Part shown: piece by piece, positions 1-11,700 of the stretch
How positions within the stretch are numbered: position 1 is the stretch's first letter
How the letters are laid out: each line of letters starts with the position of its first letter
Assembly: GCA_964016885.1 (NCBI GenBank)
Contig: OZ024740.1
Location: forward strand, 146,444,001 to 146,508,000
Direction: 5' to 3'
Length of the DNA stretch: 64,000 bases
DNA from: Eledone cirrhosa
Lineage: Eukaryota
Position numbers and translations under genes: made by a program
Notes under the pieces: generated by a model
What the model saw: only the letters and a program-made list of their open reading frames with translations
What the model was told of the DNA's origin: nothing
Database searches by the model: none

Positions 1-179
1 GCATGCTAGGTAGAATTTAGATAAAGCTGGTGCATTAGAGTCACTAACAATCATTTAATCCTCTACCTATGTGCTGCAGGCCTGTACCGATTGCCTAACA
101 TAAAAATTACTTAGTAAATGTTTCTTTTCTGTGCTTAATTCATTTTTTCTTCTTTTTTTAAAATTTTCTACCTCAAAAG

Positions 180-363
180 GCATTGAAAACAATTCCACCT
201 GCAGAAATGACACATTTCGATAAAATGGCTGCCTTGAGTCACCAGGCATTTAACAATATTGCCTTGCAAATCCCCGAGAACCTTGCTGGGAGAAAAGTAA
301 TCGCCGCTTTGGTGATGAAGCGATCACCAACGGATACGGGAATTGTTATCAGTGTTGGAACTG
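180..363 (+). CDS. ADAR1: ADAR1-type adenosine deaminase, internal coding exon A (start of deaminase domain; gene begins upstream of window)
   Basis: Polypyrimidine tract + AG at 178-179, GTAAGT donor at 364. Translates ALKTIPPAEMTHFDKMAALSHQAFNN...LAGRKVIAALVMK...GIVISVGTG, matching the ADAR1 pattern 'GRKILAAIIMK...VVSLGTG'. Confidence 0.93.
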
Positions 364-1094
364 GTAAGTAAAGTACAAATTCACATCAAAATTATAATTT
401 AATAGTCCTAGTTTATTTAACCTACTTTATAATGACATCAATACTCTTCATTTTTATTTCCAAATAATAGTGTATATTATTTAAGTTATTTGATCTATAA
501 TTGGTACTGAAATTATCTAATAACATATTTTTTCATAACTCTCTTTTGCTCTATTTTTCTATTTTACTCTGATTATTTACAACATTTGTATCAATTCAAT
601 AATTTTGTTTTCGTTAACTATTATAATAAGATTTAAAACTGTTGATAACGTTTTTACAATAGATTTAATTTCATTTATTTAGAAATATTACTATTGAATC
701 TTTGCCATTTTTAGGCTGCATAGGATTGCTGTTGTTTTGAAAACCATAATCTGCTTATTTTGAGCAGCTTGTGGCATGGAAGTAACCAATTGAATATCAG
801 AAGTATTTTAATTGGGGACCATCTTGTAAATTGCTCCACAATGGCTGGCTGTGTAGAGTGCAATATGGCAGTTGAGCATGTTACATCTATCTAGCTATCC
901 AGTTTATTTGTATAAGAAGTAAAAAATCAAAAAATCACCAGACGGTAACCACATTTAGAGATAGAGAATGTGAATCTGATTGCCTACAGAGATCTCGGTT
1001 CTTTGAGATTCATTAAATACAGTTAGTAACTCAGAACAACTTTTGACTTAGTAATAAATGTTGCAGCTACTTTGATATGTGTATTTTGTGTTAG

Positions 1095-1096
1095 TC

Positions 1097-1156
<60 letters not shown>
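1095..1156. repeat. (TA)n microsatellite
   Basis: Direct inspection. Confidence 0.95.
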
Positions 1157-1159
<3 letters not shown>

Positions 1160-1202
1160 CTGATGATCCTGCAAGTGTGCAGGTGAAACTTCAGAGTAAC
1201 TA
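1156..1202 (+). ncRNA. Minimal hammerhead ribozyme motif (degenerate) in ADAR1 intron, Penelope-terminus derived
   Basis: CTGATGA (1160-1166), stem II CCTGCA/TGCAGG, GAAA (1185-1188), stem III CT-TCAG-AG, GTA triplet. Stem I is only about 2-3 bp. Lies between (TA)n tracts. Confidence 0.6.
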
Positions 1203-1324
1203 GACTCACCACTTAGCCATTAAATCAATATTTAAACTCTACTTTGGTATTGAGTACTTTTTCTTATGCCTGTCAATAATACACAAATATGTATATATAT
1301 ATGAACAAATAATTACTATTTTAG

Positions 1325-1418
1325 GTAACCGCTGTTTAACCGGTGATCATTTGAGTTTGGAAGGCAACAGTGTCAATGACTCTCATGCTGAAATAATCAC
1401 ACGCCGAGGTTTTCTGAG
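1325..1418 (+). CDS. ADAR1: ADAR1 exon B (94 nt), catalytic HAE motif
   Basis: TTTTAG|GT...AG|GTGAGT. Reads (G)[30 protein letters not shown](R). GTGNRC is ADAR1-type. Not in the ORF track. Confidence 0.95.
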
Positions 1419-1959
1419 GTGAGTATTTTTCTTTCAGATTTAATTTAGCTCTGTTGATTCTTTTATATGATCAGATTTATTTGTAAAGTTATTAGCATTT
1501 CTCATTTCATTTAATAGGATATTTGGCGTATCCCATCATTGTGCTTAATATAAGTTGACAGGAGACTAGTTCTGGCCTAAGCAGTTTTAGGAAATATCCT
1601 GTATTTGTCATTTATTTACATGTATCTGTGAAAAATCTTTAAATCTTTTCAGTTCTTTTCAAATAGTTTTGTCAAGATTCCAGCCATTTTGATTTAAGCC
1701 TGCCAATAGCAAATCTACTAATAAAAAAATTGGCTTAACAATATTGAGCAGCTTTCTGAATCTTATTATAAAGAATGACTATTTGATGAAGTAATTCATT
1801 TACCTAAATGGAGGTGAAAGTAAATAATTAGGATTTTGGCATGTAACGATTGAAATATTTCCATCAGTTTTAAAAACAAAAAGGATTTGCTTGTCTGGAG
1901 ATGTTTAGTGAAGCAATTTTTATTTTCTCTGATATTTTGATTCCTAAATATGTTTAATC

Positions 1960-2367
1960 CATCACGCTTGGCACAACACCTCATTCACAGTACCCTCTAA
2001 CCTAAAGCATACCTTGAAACATTGGCTCAGGCAACACCATAGAAGATAAAAACAAGAGGAAAATTCAACGGATAACAAAAGTTGGCCATAAAACTTATAC
2101 AGCAAAGATTTCCCAAAACTGAAATAGAAAACATATGCCATCTTTTTAGAATGTCAGTAATTTGGAGGAAACCAACAAATGTCCACAACTGATTTTTAAG
2201 TTCAAATTCTTTAACTGAGTTTACTCTGTTGCAAGAATTCAGACCAGATTCCAGTTGGATTGTGCCTTCCTCCTTTTTACCCACGAGTCTCAAAGGACCT
2301 GAAAAGGGTCATTGGCACTTCCCTTCTGTCCTTGACTAAACAGTAAAAAAAAAAAAAAAAAAAAAAA
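1960..2367 (+). mobile_element. Old LINE 3' end with poly(A) tail (CR1/L2-like)
   Basis: A ~22-nt poly(A) run at 2346-2367 follows sequence resembling a LINE 3' region. Family is uncertain. Confidence 0.35.
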
Positions 2368-2949
2368 GGATTCCTGCATCTTACAGTCCAGAAAAGTGCA
2401 TTTCTGATATTCCAGATGGATGAGAAAAATATTAGAACTTGGAAAACTTCAGAATTATGCAATTTTATTCACATTTTCATTTCTCTTTAACCGTACAAAA
2501 TAATACAGAGTGAACTAAAATAATCTTGGAACTTCTAAGGAGTAAGTAAAATATTCTTGGGCTTGAGACTGTAACAGAATAGCAATATCACCAGAAGACT
2601 TAGTAAGACCTCTTAAATCCAGACATTTCTTAAATGGCATTTTGGAGTGAAATCAGTTCTTCAATTTTTCAGAATCTAAAAACATGTTTATTTTCTAAAT
2701 ATTCTATTTAATAAAACAAGAGGTTCTATCTCATGTTCACAAACACTCACACACGTATGCACATGCATACACACAAAATAAACATATTAACAAAAGGAAT
2801 TACAAGCATGATTATAGAATAGCTGTTACATACATATAACATGACAGTAATATGTATTATAATATAATATGAGTCATTTAAGCAAATTAGATACAAGAGA
2901 TATCAAAGAACAATTATGAAATTCAAAATTAATAAAAAAAGATGATTAA

Positions 2950-4100
2950 TTACAGCTTAAAATACTTAAAATCAATATAAGAACCATCAAAATGTTTGCA
3001 TCGTATGATGTTGGTGCTTCCTCTGTTTCATCTCCCTCATTTTGGTCATCAGTTTACAAATGGTCGTCTTCAGTCTCATTCATGCTATTTGATATTCCTA
3101 TCTCTAGGAAACTCTTCATTTCAATTTCAGCTTTACCCACAATGTTATAAGAGACAAGCTTAATTCCTTGAGGTTGCTACATTTGATCAGTTCCTTCTGG
3201 TTTGAAGACATCATGATCATCTACATCTGATATATCCTATCTTTCAATGGATAATTTAGTATGATATCTAAAGCTTGTAGCATAGATGGGAGGCTGCTTG
3301 GCATCATAGCTTGAGCTGTGTTCAGAAACATAGCCTTCTCTTTAACCTTTTCAGGAAAGCCCTTGGTTTTTTATTCCACTCTTGGTTTAGTTATGGCATA
3401 ATCCCATGGTATAATGACATTTTAGGGTGGCACTGAACCAAAAGTCTAGAGTTTAGTAATCAAGTAATTAAGCTAATCCACGATTAGCTTAAGTTTAATG
3501 CCACCTATCAGAAACACAAGTACTACAGTAAAATGTGTCCTAGCATGTCCTATAATTCTCATGAGTAATTTTTCTTTGGAGTCATCTTAATGGAATGAAA
3601 AAGACAGGGGATTCATGTGTATATTTAATGTCCTAGTTGAAAATCATACTGCTTTCTTAGCTTGAAAATAAAAGTGTGAAACAAATATATTTTATCTTCA
3701 GTCATTTTGGTTTTCTGTCATAGATGGAGCCCATTTCTCACTATAAAACAATGGATTCATCCATTAGAAGCATTAAATGATGGATTAGGGTATATCTTGG
3801 TAGCTATCAATATTATCTCTAGCAGCGTAATAATTTTTATCAATATTTCTGGTCAATGAGCCAGCCTAATAGTTCTCTCTCCATTTCTGGATGTAGCACC
3901 TGTTTCTCTCTGCTTACCCTTTTTGTATTTGGCATTTCCAGTAAATCTTCTTTCCGCTGTTTCCAATCTTCCACAACTTTCTCTGTTACTATTAACTCCT
4001 TCAAATCCACTACTTTTAAGTTGGAAAGTATCAATATAATGTTTTCTTTTTACACCAATAGTACCTGTATGACAATGTTTGACATGAAGTAAAATCCTCC
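2950..4100 (-). pseudogene. Decayed pogo/Tigger-like DNA transposase
   Basis: Minus ORF 3840-4034 (..EKVVEDWKQRKEDL...HPEMERELLGWLIDQK) resembles a CENP-B-type HTH. An acidic tail (EDD...DDQNEGDETEEA) lies near 3020-3080. Confidence 0.5.
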
Positions 4101-4416
4101 TGTTTTATATCTATTTCTCTAATACACTTACAGCTGACAGAAAATACAAGCTTTTTTTTACTTAACTTTCTTGACCTACATTTATCTGTTTCCATATCTT
4201 TTCATACCTATTTCTTTTTCAAATTCCATTGTTATATTCTATCAGTTATCTTTGTTTAACTCATCACCATAAACTTCCCACCCACATACTTCATTGTATT
4301 CTAAGAATTTACTCCTTATCTAACATGTTTACAACCAGTTGACAACCTCAAATGACCAGACCTAGAATAACTTCCTGGCTTAGTTTTTATATATTGAAAA
4401 ACTTTAATTTATTCAA

Positions 4417-5884
4417 GGTCGGGTTTGTGTCAGGCAAAAGTACCACAGACGCTCTTTTCATTGTACGACAACTACAGGAGAAGTACCTAGCTAAAAGTAA
4501 ACCCCTATACTTAGCTTTTGTCGAGTTGGAGAAAGCCTTCGACAGAGTCCCCCGTTCCATTATCTGGTGGGCTCTTAGAAAACTAGGTGTTGACGAATGG
4601 CTTGTGAGAGCTATACAAGCCATGTATAAAGAAACAGTCAGCAAGGTTAGAATTAACAACGAATATAGTGAAGAGTTTAGCGTAAAAGTTGGCGTCCATC
4701 AGGGCTCTGTTCTCAGCCCCCTACTATTTATTATTGCCCTTCAGGCTATAACAGAGGAGTTCAAGACCGGTTGCCCATGGGAACTCCTATACACAGATGA
4801 CCTAACACTCATAGCTGAATCAATGGCCGAGCTAGAGAAGAAATTCTAAACATGGAAGCACGGCCTAGAATCAAAAGGCCTTAAAATTAACCTGGCTAAG
4901 ACTAAAGTTCTAGTTTGTAAGAAAGAAAATAAGGCGGCAGTCCCTTCCGGGAAGTGGCCATGCTCAGTGTGTAGGAAAGGCGTAGGTAGAAACTCCATTT
5001 TGTGTCCGAAATGCAAAGTATGGGTGCATAAAAGATGTAGTGGGATCACAGGTAAGCTAACTAAGAACATAGATTTTACATGTGGCCGGTGCTCTGGTGC
5101 AATAAGTAGCAGCAAGTGCCCACAAAATACTAGCTCTTTCAACTGTGCAGAGGGTTCTATAGAAATAGTGGACAGCTTCCGTTACCTGGGTGACAAAATC
5201 AGCAGTGGGGGAGGGTGCTCCGAAAGTACGGTAGCTAGAGTCAGAACTGGATGGAAAAAGTTCAGAGAGCTTATACCACTATTAGCCGCTAAAGGGTTCT
5301 CCCTAAAAATGAAAGGCAGGTTGTATGATGCCTGCATACGAACAGCAATGTTGCATGGCAGTGAGACCTGGGCATTGTGTGCAGAGGATATACGCAGACT
5401 AGAGAGGAACGAAGCTTGCATGCTCCGCTGGATGTGTAATAGTAATATACGTGAACGGCAAAGCATAAACGAACTAAGGAAAAAATTAGAAATAAGAGGG
5501 ATCAGATGTTGTTTACTCGAGAGAAGGCTACGTTGGTATGGTCACGTGATGCGCATGAAGGACGATAGCTGTATAACAAAGTGCAGGGCAATAAAGATAG
5601 ACGGTAGCCACAGAAAAACCTGGGACGAGCTGATAAATTCCGACCTCACACACTTACACCTCTCCAAGACAATGTCACTGGACCGAGACCTTTGGCGGTA
5701 CTCAGTAATAGAGAAGACCCGCCTTACCTAAATACAAAGTAAAACCTACTACAGTCAGTAGGCATCTCTAACAATAGTCCTATGCGAGCAAGATAATCAG
5801 TCTTGCCTCAAGTGGGAAAACCCCCGTCCAAACCCATGCAAGCGTGGAACACTGACGTTAAACGTTGATGATGATGATGATGAT
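4417..5884 (+). mobile_element. 5'-truncated RTE-clade LINE (RT + PHD insert), one nonsense codon, (GAT)n tail
   Basis: ORFs 4352-4849 and 4967-5731 share a frame, split by TAA at 4847. Motifs LEKAFDRV, GVHQGSVLSPLLF, YTDD, FRYLG, RRLRWYGHV. Tail ..GACGTTAAACG(TGA)n. Confidence 0.92.
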
Positions 5885-6069
5885 TTCTGTGCTGATATGC
5901 AATATGTATTTGAATCATTCAGCATTTATAACAGCAGCTGGTTAGATGAAATTTCTTTCACAGGATTCTTAGCCTTATGTATGTCACTCCTGGTTATATA
6001 TATATATATAAATAGTCATGGTTAAGGATTAAATATATGTATTTAAAAAATGGATAATTGTTTAGTAAA

Positions 6070-6510
6070 GAAGTTCCAGGAAATCAAGTGGAAGGTAGTC
6101 GTAGAAGAGGTGAGAACTGATCTGAAATCACTGAGGCTCATAGTGATGGAGGAATGCAGCAAATGGAGAGATGCTGTGTTGGAATGGACCTGTTCAACCT
6201 ATGTAAGCATGGAATAAATGGGCATAAATTGGTGATGATGATGATATATTAAAGTTATCTACAAAAAAGTGAAACTTACACATGAATGAGTAAATACAGT
6301 ATTTTCCAATATGGAATTTTTAAAAGAAGATCAAAATTCCTTAAACAAAATCTATAATCAAGTGGAAGGAAGACTGAAGAAGACATGGACAGAAGTTGTG
6401 AAAACTGAACCTCACAAAAGTGATGACAAACGAAGGCAAAGAATGGTGAGATTTTATGTTGAAAAGGACCCACTGAACGCACGCGAGCATACAAAAGTTA
6501 AGATGATGAA
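6070..6510 (+). mobile_element. Two degenerate RTE 3'-end fragments
   Basis: GRLKKTWTEVV-like remnants followed by ATGATGATG tails (6232-6245, 6502-6510). Confidence 0.55.
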
Positions 6511-7010
6511 GTTGAAAAGGATAATATCCTATCTCCTTTATTTTACCCAATCAAGAATTAATTTTGATTGATAAGCTACATGATGCCTATAGATTGATGT
6601 CTACACTTTATTCCTTGGAGATATGTTCTTTAAAAAAAAAAGGGAGAAAAATAACTTTTACTAGAAAGCCAATTTGTTTTGAGATAATTTTAAATTTGAT
6701 TGGGATAAAATTTGAAAATATGAAAATATGAAGTTGAAATTTAAGTTTGCTTATGAGACACTGATACAACAATGTTTATATTTGAGTTATATTGTGAGAC
6801 ATTTAAAGGAAATATAAAATGTTTAAGAAATTAATAAAGAGATGTCTGTTCATGAGTAGTGGTATAGTTTGATAATGTTTGTGCCATATTTTGGAATGAT
6901 TACATAACAGACTAAATCATTTAAACAGTAAATAAAATAGAATTCAATTCATAGAAATATTTTGCTGGCAATATTTTTGATAATATTATGCAAGTTATTA
7001 TTTTATGCAG

Positions 7011-7166
7011 GTATCTATACAGACACTTACTGGAGTATGATGCAGAAGTACCCAATGATCTCTTCGAGAAAGGTGAACGTAGTATATGCCGGATTAAAAC
7101 CAATATAACATTCCATTTATATATATCTACTGCTCCATGTGGAGATGGGGCTCTTTTTTCACCCAG
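7011..7166 (+). CDS. ADAR1: ADAR1 exon C (156 nt), Zn-ligand PCGD motif
   Basis: TTTTATGCAG|G...CCCAG|GTAA. Reads YLYRHLLEY...FHLYISTAPCGDGALFSP(R). Phases match the neighbouring exons. Confidence 0.95.
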
Positions 7167-7221
7167 GTAATAATTTTGTGTTTATATGAAACGATTACAT
7201 TTTATTTTCTATCATTATCTA

Positions 7222-7392
7222 TTGGCAGTATCGGTAGAGGGTCGGACTCCATGCTTTCCAGCATAGTTACGTCCCTTTACGATCTGAGTTCAATTCCGCC
7301 GAGGTTGACTTTGCCTTACGGGGTCGATAAAATAAAGTACCAGTAATGCACTGAGTAATTGCTGGCCTGGTGCCTAAATTAGAAACAATTAT
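7222..7392 (+). mobile_element. tRNA-derived SINE (family with GGGGTCGATAAAATAAAGTACCAG core, Meta-domain-like)
   Basis: B-box-like GAGTTCAATTCC. Near-identical copies at 32712-32895 (+) and 41443-41615 (-). Related copies at 15258-15410, 16215-16380 and 54350-54630. Confidence 0.8.
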
Positions 7393-8452
7393 CTATAAAG
7401 TGTTCATAATGTAAATATTAAAAAAAGAAAAAAAGAAAAAAAAGTAAATTTCCCTCTACACAATATTGTAGAAGGGTAAACCTAATAGTTATAATCAGTT
7501 TCTGCTCAAAATTTTATAACATTTTTTATCATAAGAATAGTAGTAGGAACATTTCCTTTCTTTGTCAAAATGATTCCTTTCATTTTCTAGCAAGTCTGTG
7601 TATTCCAACTTTCACTTCATAGTCAACATTCCTGTAAATCTGATTTTGAGAATGAGAATCTTTGTTTGTACTGCTCTTTGATTTAAATGCTGTTGTTCAT
7701 TAATATATTAATATTGCAAACTCCATTTCCTCTCTCAAATGAAATGGATTGCACTAATCAAAGATGTAATAGAAATAGTATAAACTCAGGCAAAGCAGAC
7801 ATTAAACGATAGTGGATAGATAATACAAAAAAATAAAATTAAATAAACTCAAAGCTTGATTAAGGTGGTTATGATAATATTCCTGTCTAGTCTATGACAA
7901 TATCAATTCAGATAACTCAATTGTTTTTCTTGCCTAACCTTTTAACTGTTTGTAATTCCTTAGTGTCTTTTCTTCCATGGCTGGTTATTGACAATTGATA
8001 CTTCAGCAAACATTGGCTACTTTTACATTAATTTAATTAACATTTAAGGGGTTTTCTGTAATATTTAGTTTGTAAGTTATATGTTGACTGAAAGAAAATG
8101 ATCATGAATAAAAGCAGGGGTCTCTGGAGCAACATTACTCAATAGAGTGCGTAGTTCTGATCAGGGTGTCGCTCCATTGAGAGATCACAGTTCTGGTACT
8201 ACAGACATGTTAGAATATCTAAAGAAAGAATCACAGTTGATCTCGCTTGGTTGATACAACCGAATCATTTGATGATGGTTGCTTCCGATTGGGCCCTCTG
8301 GAAGGCGTGTCTGTGGACTCTGCTTCACACGACACTCTCAAGAATCAGTGGAAGAAGAATGAGTTATATTTTGTTGTATACTTCAAATTAATTTATCTCT
8401 TTGCTACTTGTTGATTAATTTGTGACAATTATTATTTATTTGTAACTTGCAG

Positions 8453-8559
8453 AGATACTGACTCAAGTAATGCAAAAATGGAGGAGGAAAACAAGCACAT
8501 TCATAATCCAACTTTTTCAAGCAGTGTTCAAGGACTGCTGCGAACAAAAGTGGAAGGAG
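8453..8559 (+). CDS. ADAR1: ADAR1 exon D (107 nt), 5' RNA-binding loop
   Basis: TTGCAG|A...GGAG|GTTTGA. Reads DTDSSNAKMEEENKHIHNPTFSSSVQGLLRTKVEG(G). Confidence 0.92.
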
Positions 8560-10104
8560 GTTTGAATACTTTTATTGCATTTATTTGTTGTCATTTACTG
8601 ATAAAAATATCTTTTTGTAATATTTTTGTCTCACGAAAAATATTGATTAATAAGGTGCTTCTCAAGGTGTCAAGTTACATGAGCTACAAATGTCATGGAT
8701 TCTTGTATCTTTTTATATCATATTGGTTTTAAGAATCACTAAACTGAATACATTTATGTGTGAAAACATATATAGGTTTTATGGTTACCTATCTATTTAT
8801 GTGTATGTTTTACTCTGTTCTTAATATATCTGTAATTTTATTTAGAGTAACCCTAGTTTGACTAGATCAAGACTTTAAGTTACACATAGTTTAAAAAAAT
8901 TAGATTTGTAACTGTCTTATCTTGCCTAGGATCATGTTCTGCATTCTGTCATGTATATTGACTGTGTTTGATATAATGCAAACACATTTTAGTGTCAACA
9001 TAAATTTTGTATGCATGAATACATGAGGTAGATGTGGTCACCTAACTCATGCAAACATGGAAAATAAATGTTAAACAGTGGTTTGTATATGATGAAAGAT
9101 CTATAGTGTATGATGATCATTGAGACAATTTGTTTGTATCAGTAAGACTTATTTTTAAGTCTTTATTTGTTGTACCCAAATTTATGAACAATTTGTTTCT
9201 GCATTTCTGGCTGTGAGAATAACAAGGGAACATCTGTAATTTGGTACACAGTACTTCATCTGAAGAGCACTAGTTTTTCTGTAATATACAGCAACAAAAA
9301 AATGTGTGCGTACACACAGCGCATACGTATATAGGCTCATTTATATATATATAGATGGAGAAGCTGTTTGGTGTAATTTGTTATAATCTCTCATGATATT
9401 TAAGTAGGGGTGGTGACATTGGGAAATGAAGGGATGGAGCCAACATTTTATTGAGAGAAGAGAAGTAACATATATATATATGTAGAAAGAGAGAGGGGGG
9501 TATGTAAATTACTCAATGAATATAATGAAGAAGGAGTGGAAGTAAAAAGAACCAGAATAATAAAAAGAAGATAAGATGAAGAAAGTAGACCAAGGCTTGA
9601 AGCAAAAAGATGAAGAATTATTGAAAGTAATTAGGCATGAATCCCTCATTTTTGATGGGTGCTAGTAATATAAAATATCAACTACCAACCCCGATGTAAC
9701 CAGTACTCAGGTTCGAAGCATAGCATTGAGTATTTTCACCAATAGTTATATTCTAAACTGTATATATTTGAGTAAATATGATGCTGGCGAATGATCCTAT
9801 TACTTCCATAATGGGTTGCTATTTATAATTTTATTCCACTTTATTGATTTATATTAAATTTCCTCTTAGTCAACTATGTTCCCACCCCAAAATACCAGAA
9901 TTTTCTATCACTGTAAAAACAATATTATTATTACCATTGTTGATTATATTGTTTTTACTGCTACTGATTATTCTAAAAATAACTGTCATGAAGCCCATAC
10001 ATGAATCCTAAGATAAATAACATCTAAATCTAGAAAGTATTATTTCACATGTAATTTAATGTATACTTTATTGCTATTTTAATATTTCTTATTTAAATAA
10101 TCCT

Positions 10105-10315
10105 TTAACTCTTTAGTATTTACATTATTCTATATATACTATTGTATTTTCGTGGTAAAGGCTTTATCTCACATAATTATCTTATATAATATCAATGCTA
10201 TGTAATTTTGATATTATTTATTTTGAGAACAATACCTTAACATAAGTATTGTTTGAACAGAAAGAGGTGAGAGAATTCTGGTCGGATATGGTCTGTTTAA
10301 ATGCTAAAGGGTTAA
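10105..10315. mobile_element. MITE with TAACYCTTTAG...CTAAAGGGTTA terminal inverted repeats
   Basis: TIRs visible. A second copy is split at 38697-38757 / 40517-40665. Confidence 0.7.
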
Positions 10316-10417
10316 CATATCTTACATTCAATAAAAATTATGGAATAGAGGGAACCAGGAAAAATAAAAGACCTTTCTTTGATTGATATGAAACTCTTAT
10401 TTTGGACACTATATTCA

Positions 10418-10705
10418 TTTCATCCATATTTCCATGCTAGCATGGGTTAGACGAGTTATCCTGTTGTGAGAAATGCCAAGTCAGGTGACCATGTTTTGCT
10501 CATACAGAACTGATTTTGGCTTGGTTTCCACAGCTGGATGCTTTTCCTAATGTCAACCTCATTTACAGTGAGTGCTGGGTGCTTTTTGTCACGACACCTA
10601 CATCACCACTTTACAGTGTGGGCTGGATGCTTTTTGTCGTGACACCTACGCAAATACTTTACAGTGTGGATTGGGTGCTTTTTGTTATGACACCTACACT
10701 TTTTG
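10418..10705 (-). mobile_element. RTE 3' UTR fragment, antisense, with ~45-bp subrepeats
   Basis: Reverse complement of the RTE 3' UTR at 45655-45975. Confidence 0.7.
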
Positions 10706-11049
10706 CTATTTATGTAACCAAATTCCAGGGATTATTTTAACATGCTGTTAAACACTGCTTGTGTTGTTTTAAATCTAATTTTTTGTAGTTCTTGCTTTTC
10801 TCTGTTAGTATGGAAAGTAAATTTATTTACTGAACCAACTGTTACCACATTTAGATTAATTATTTAAAGCCTCAAATTTTGCTCTAGAGTTTGTAGCTGC
10901 TAGCAGCTTGTTTACTTCTGTAGTTCAGGAATGTCATTCCTTTTAAAGCAGAACATGTTTTGATCTTTTAAGTTCTCTGTCCTGTCCTAACCTGTGACTT
11001 CAGGAGGTTGATTTTACAAGCAGTCCTCTTTATTTCTGTCTGTTTTAAA

Positions 11050-11700
11050 GTCTGCCCCATTTTCAATCTTATTAGAATCCTGGCATTTCTTCTGTTATCT
11101 TAATTTTTGTTTGCCCCTCCCTGTGCCTTCTGGAGACATGGCCATACCATTTCATTTTATTTTCTCTTAATATTTTTGTTTTTGTGTACTCTAATTGCTT
11201 GTGTGATCCTCCTCTTTTTCACCTCTTCATTCATGATAATGTCTATATATAAGATGCCTAGAATCTTGCTAAAGCACTACATCCCCATTGAGCTTATTCT
11301 TCTTTGGAGAGTTACTGTGAGTGTTTATATTTCACAAGCTTATAGAATAATGGAGATGACTAGGATGTTTGTCAGTCAGGCTTTAGAGTTGATGTTAATG
11401 TTCATGTCTTTCCAGATTGGTTTTAATCTTGTGATTGCTGTTGAATCCCTTGACTTCTGTTAGCATTTGCCTTCTGATCTAGATGCTACTGGTCATGCCT
11501 TTGATGCTATTGGTCATGAGTTTGGTTTTGTTGGCAATGGTCTCCATGCCATACAACTTTGATGTCTTGTCAAAGTGTTTAAATAAGTATGTCAACTCTA
11601 GTCCGTCTCATGCCAGGCTGCCAATATCATCAGGAAAACAGAACTTGATTGTTCCCTCTCCCTCCTCTCCTTCAATGATGACCATTCCTTCCTTTCAAAA
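11050..11700 (-). pseudogene. Ancient RTE-type RT fragment (different family)
   Basis: Minus strand reads FPDDIGSLA*..LTYLFKHFDKTSKLYGMETIANKTKLMTNS, a decayed FADD...GMEISAEKTK region. Confidence 0.65.

Noticed and set aside
1378-1392. DSHAE instead of vertebrate DCHAE next to the catalytic His
   Set aside because: Ser here also occurs in active invertebrate ADARs (e.g. Drosophila), and the residue is not a Zn ligand.
3022-3052. Minus-strand CTGATGA...GAAA spacing
   Set aside because: No stem II or stem I pairing; it lies in the acidic tail of the decayed transposase.
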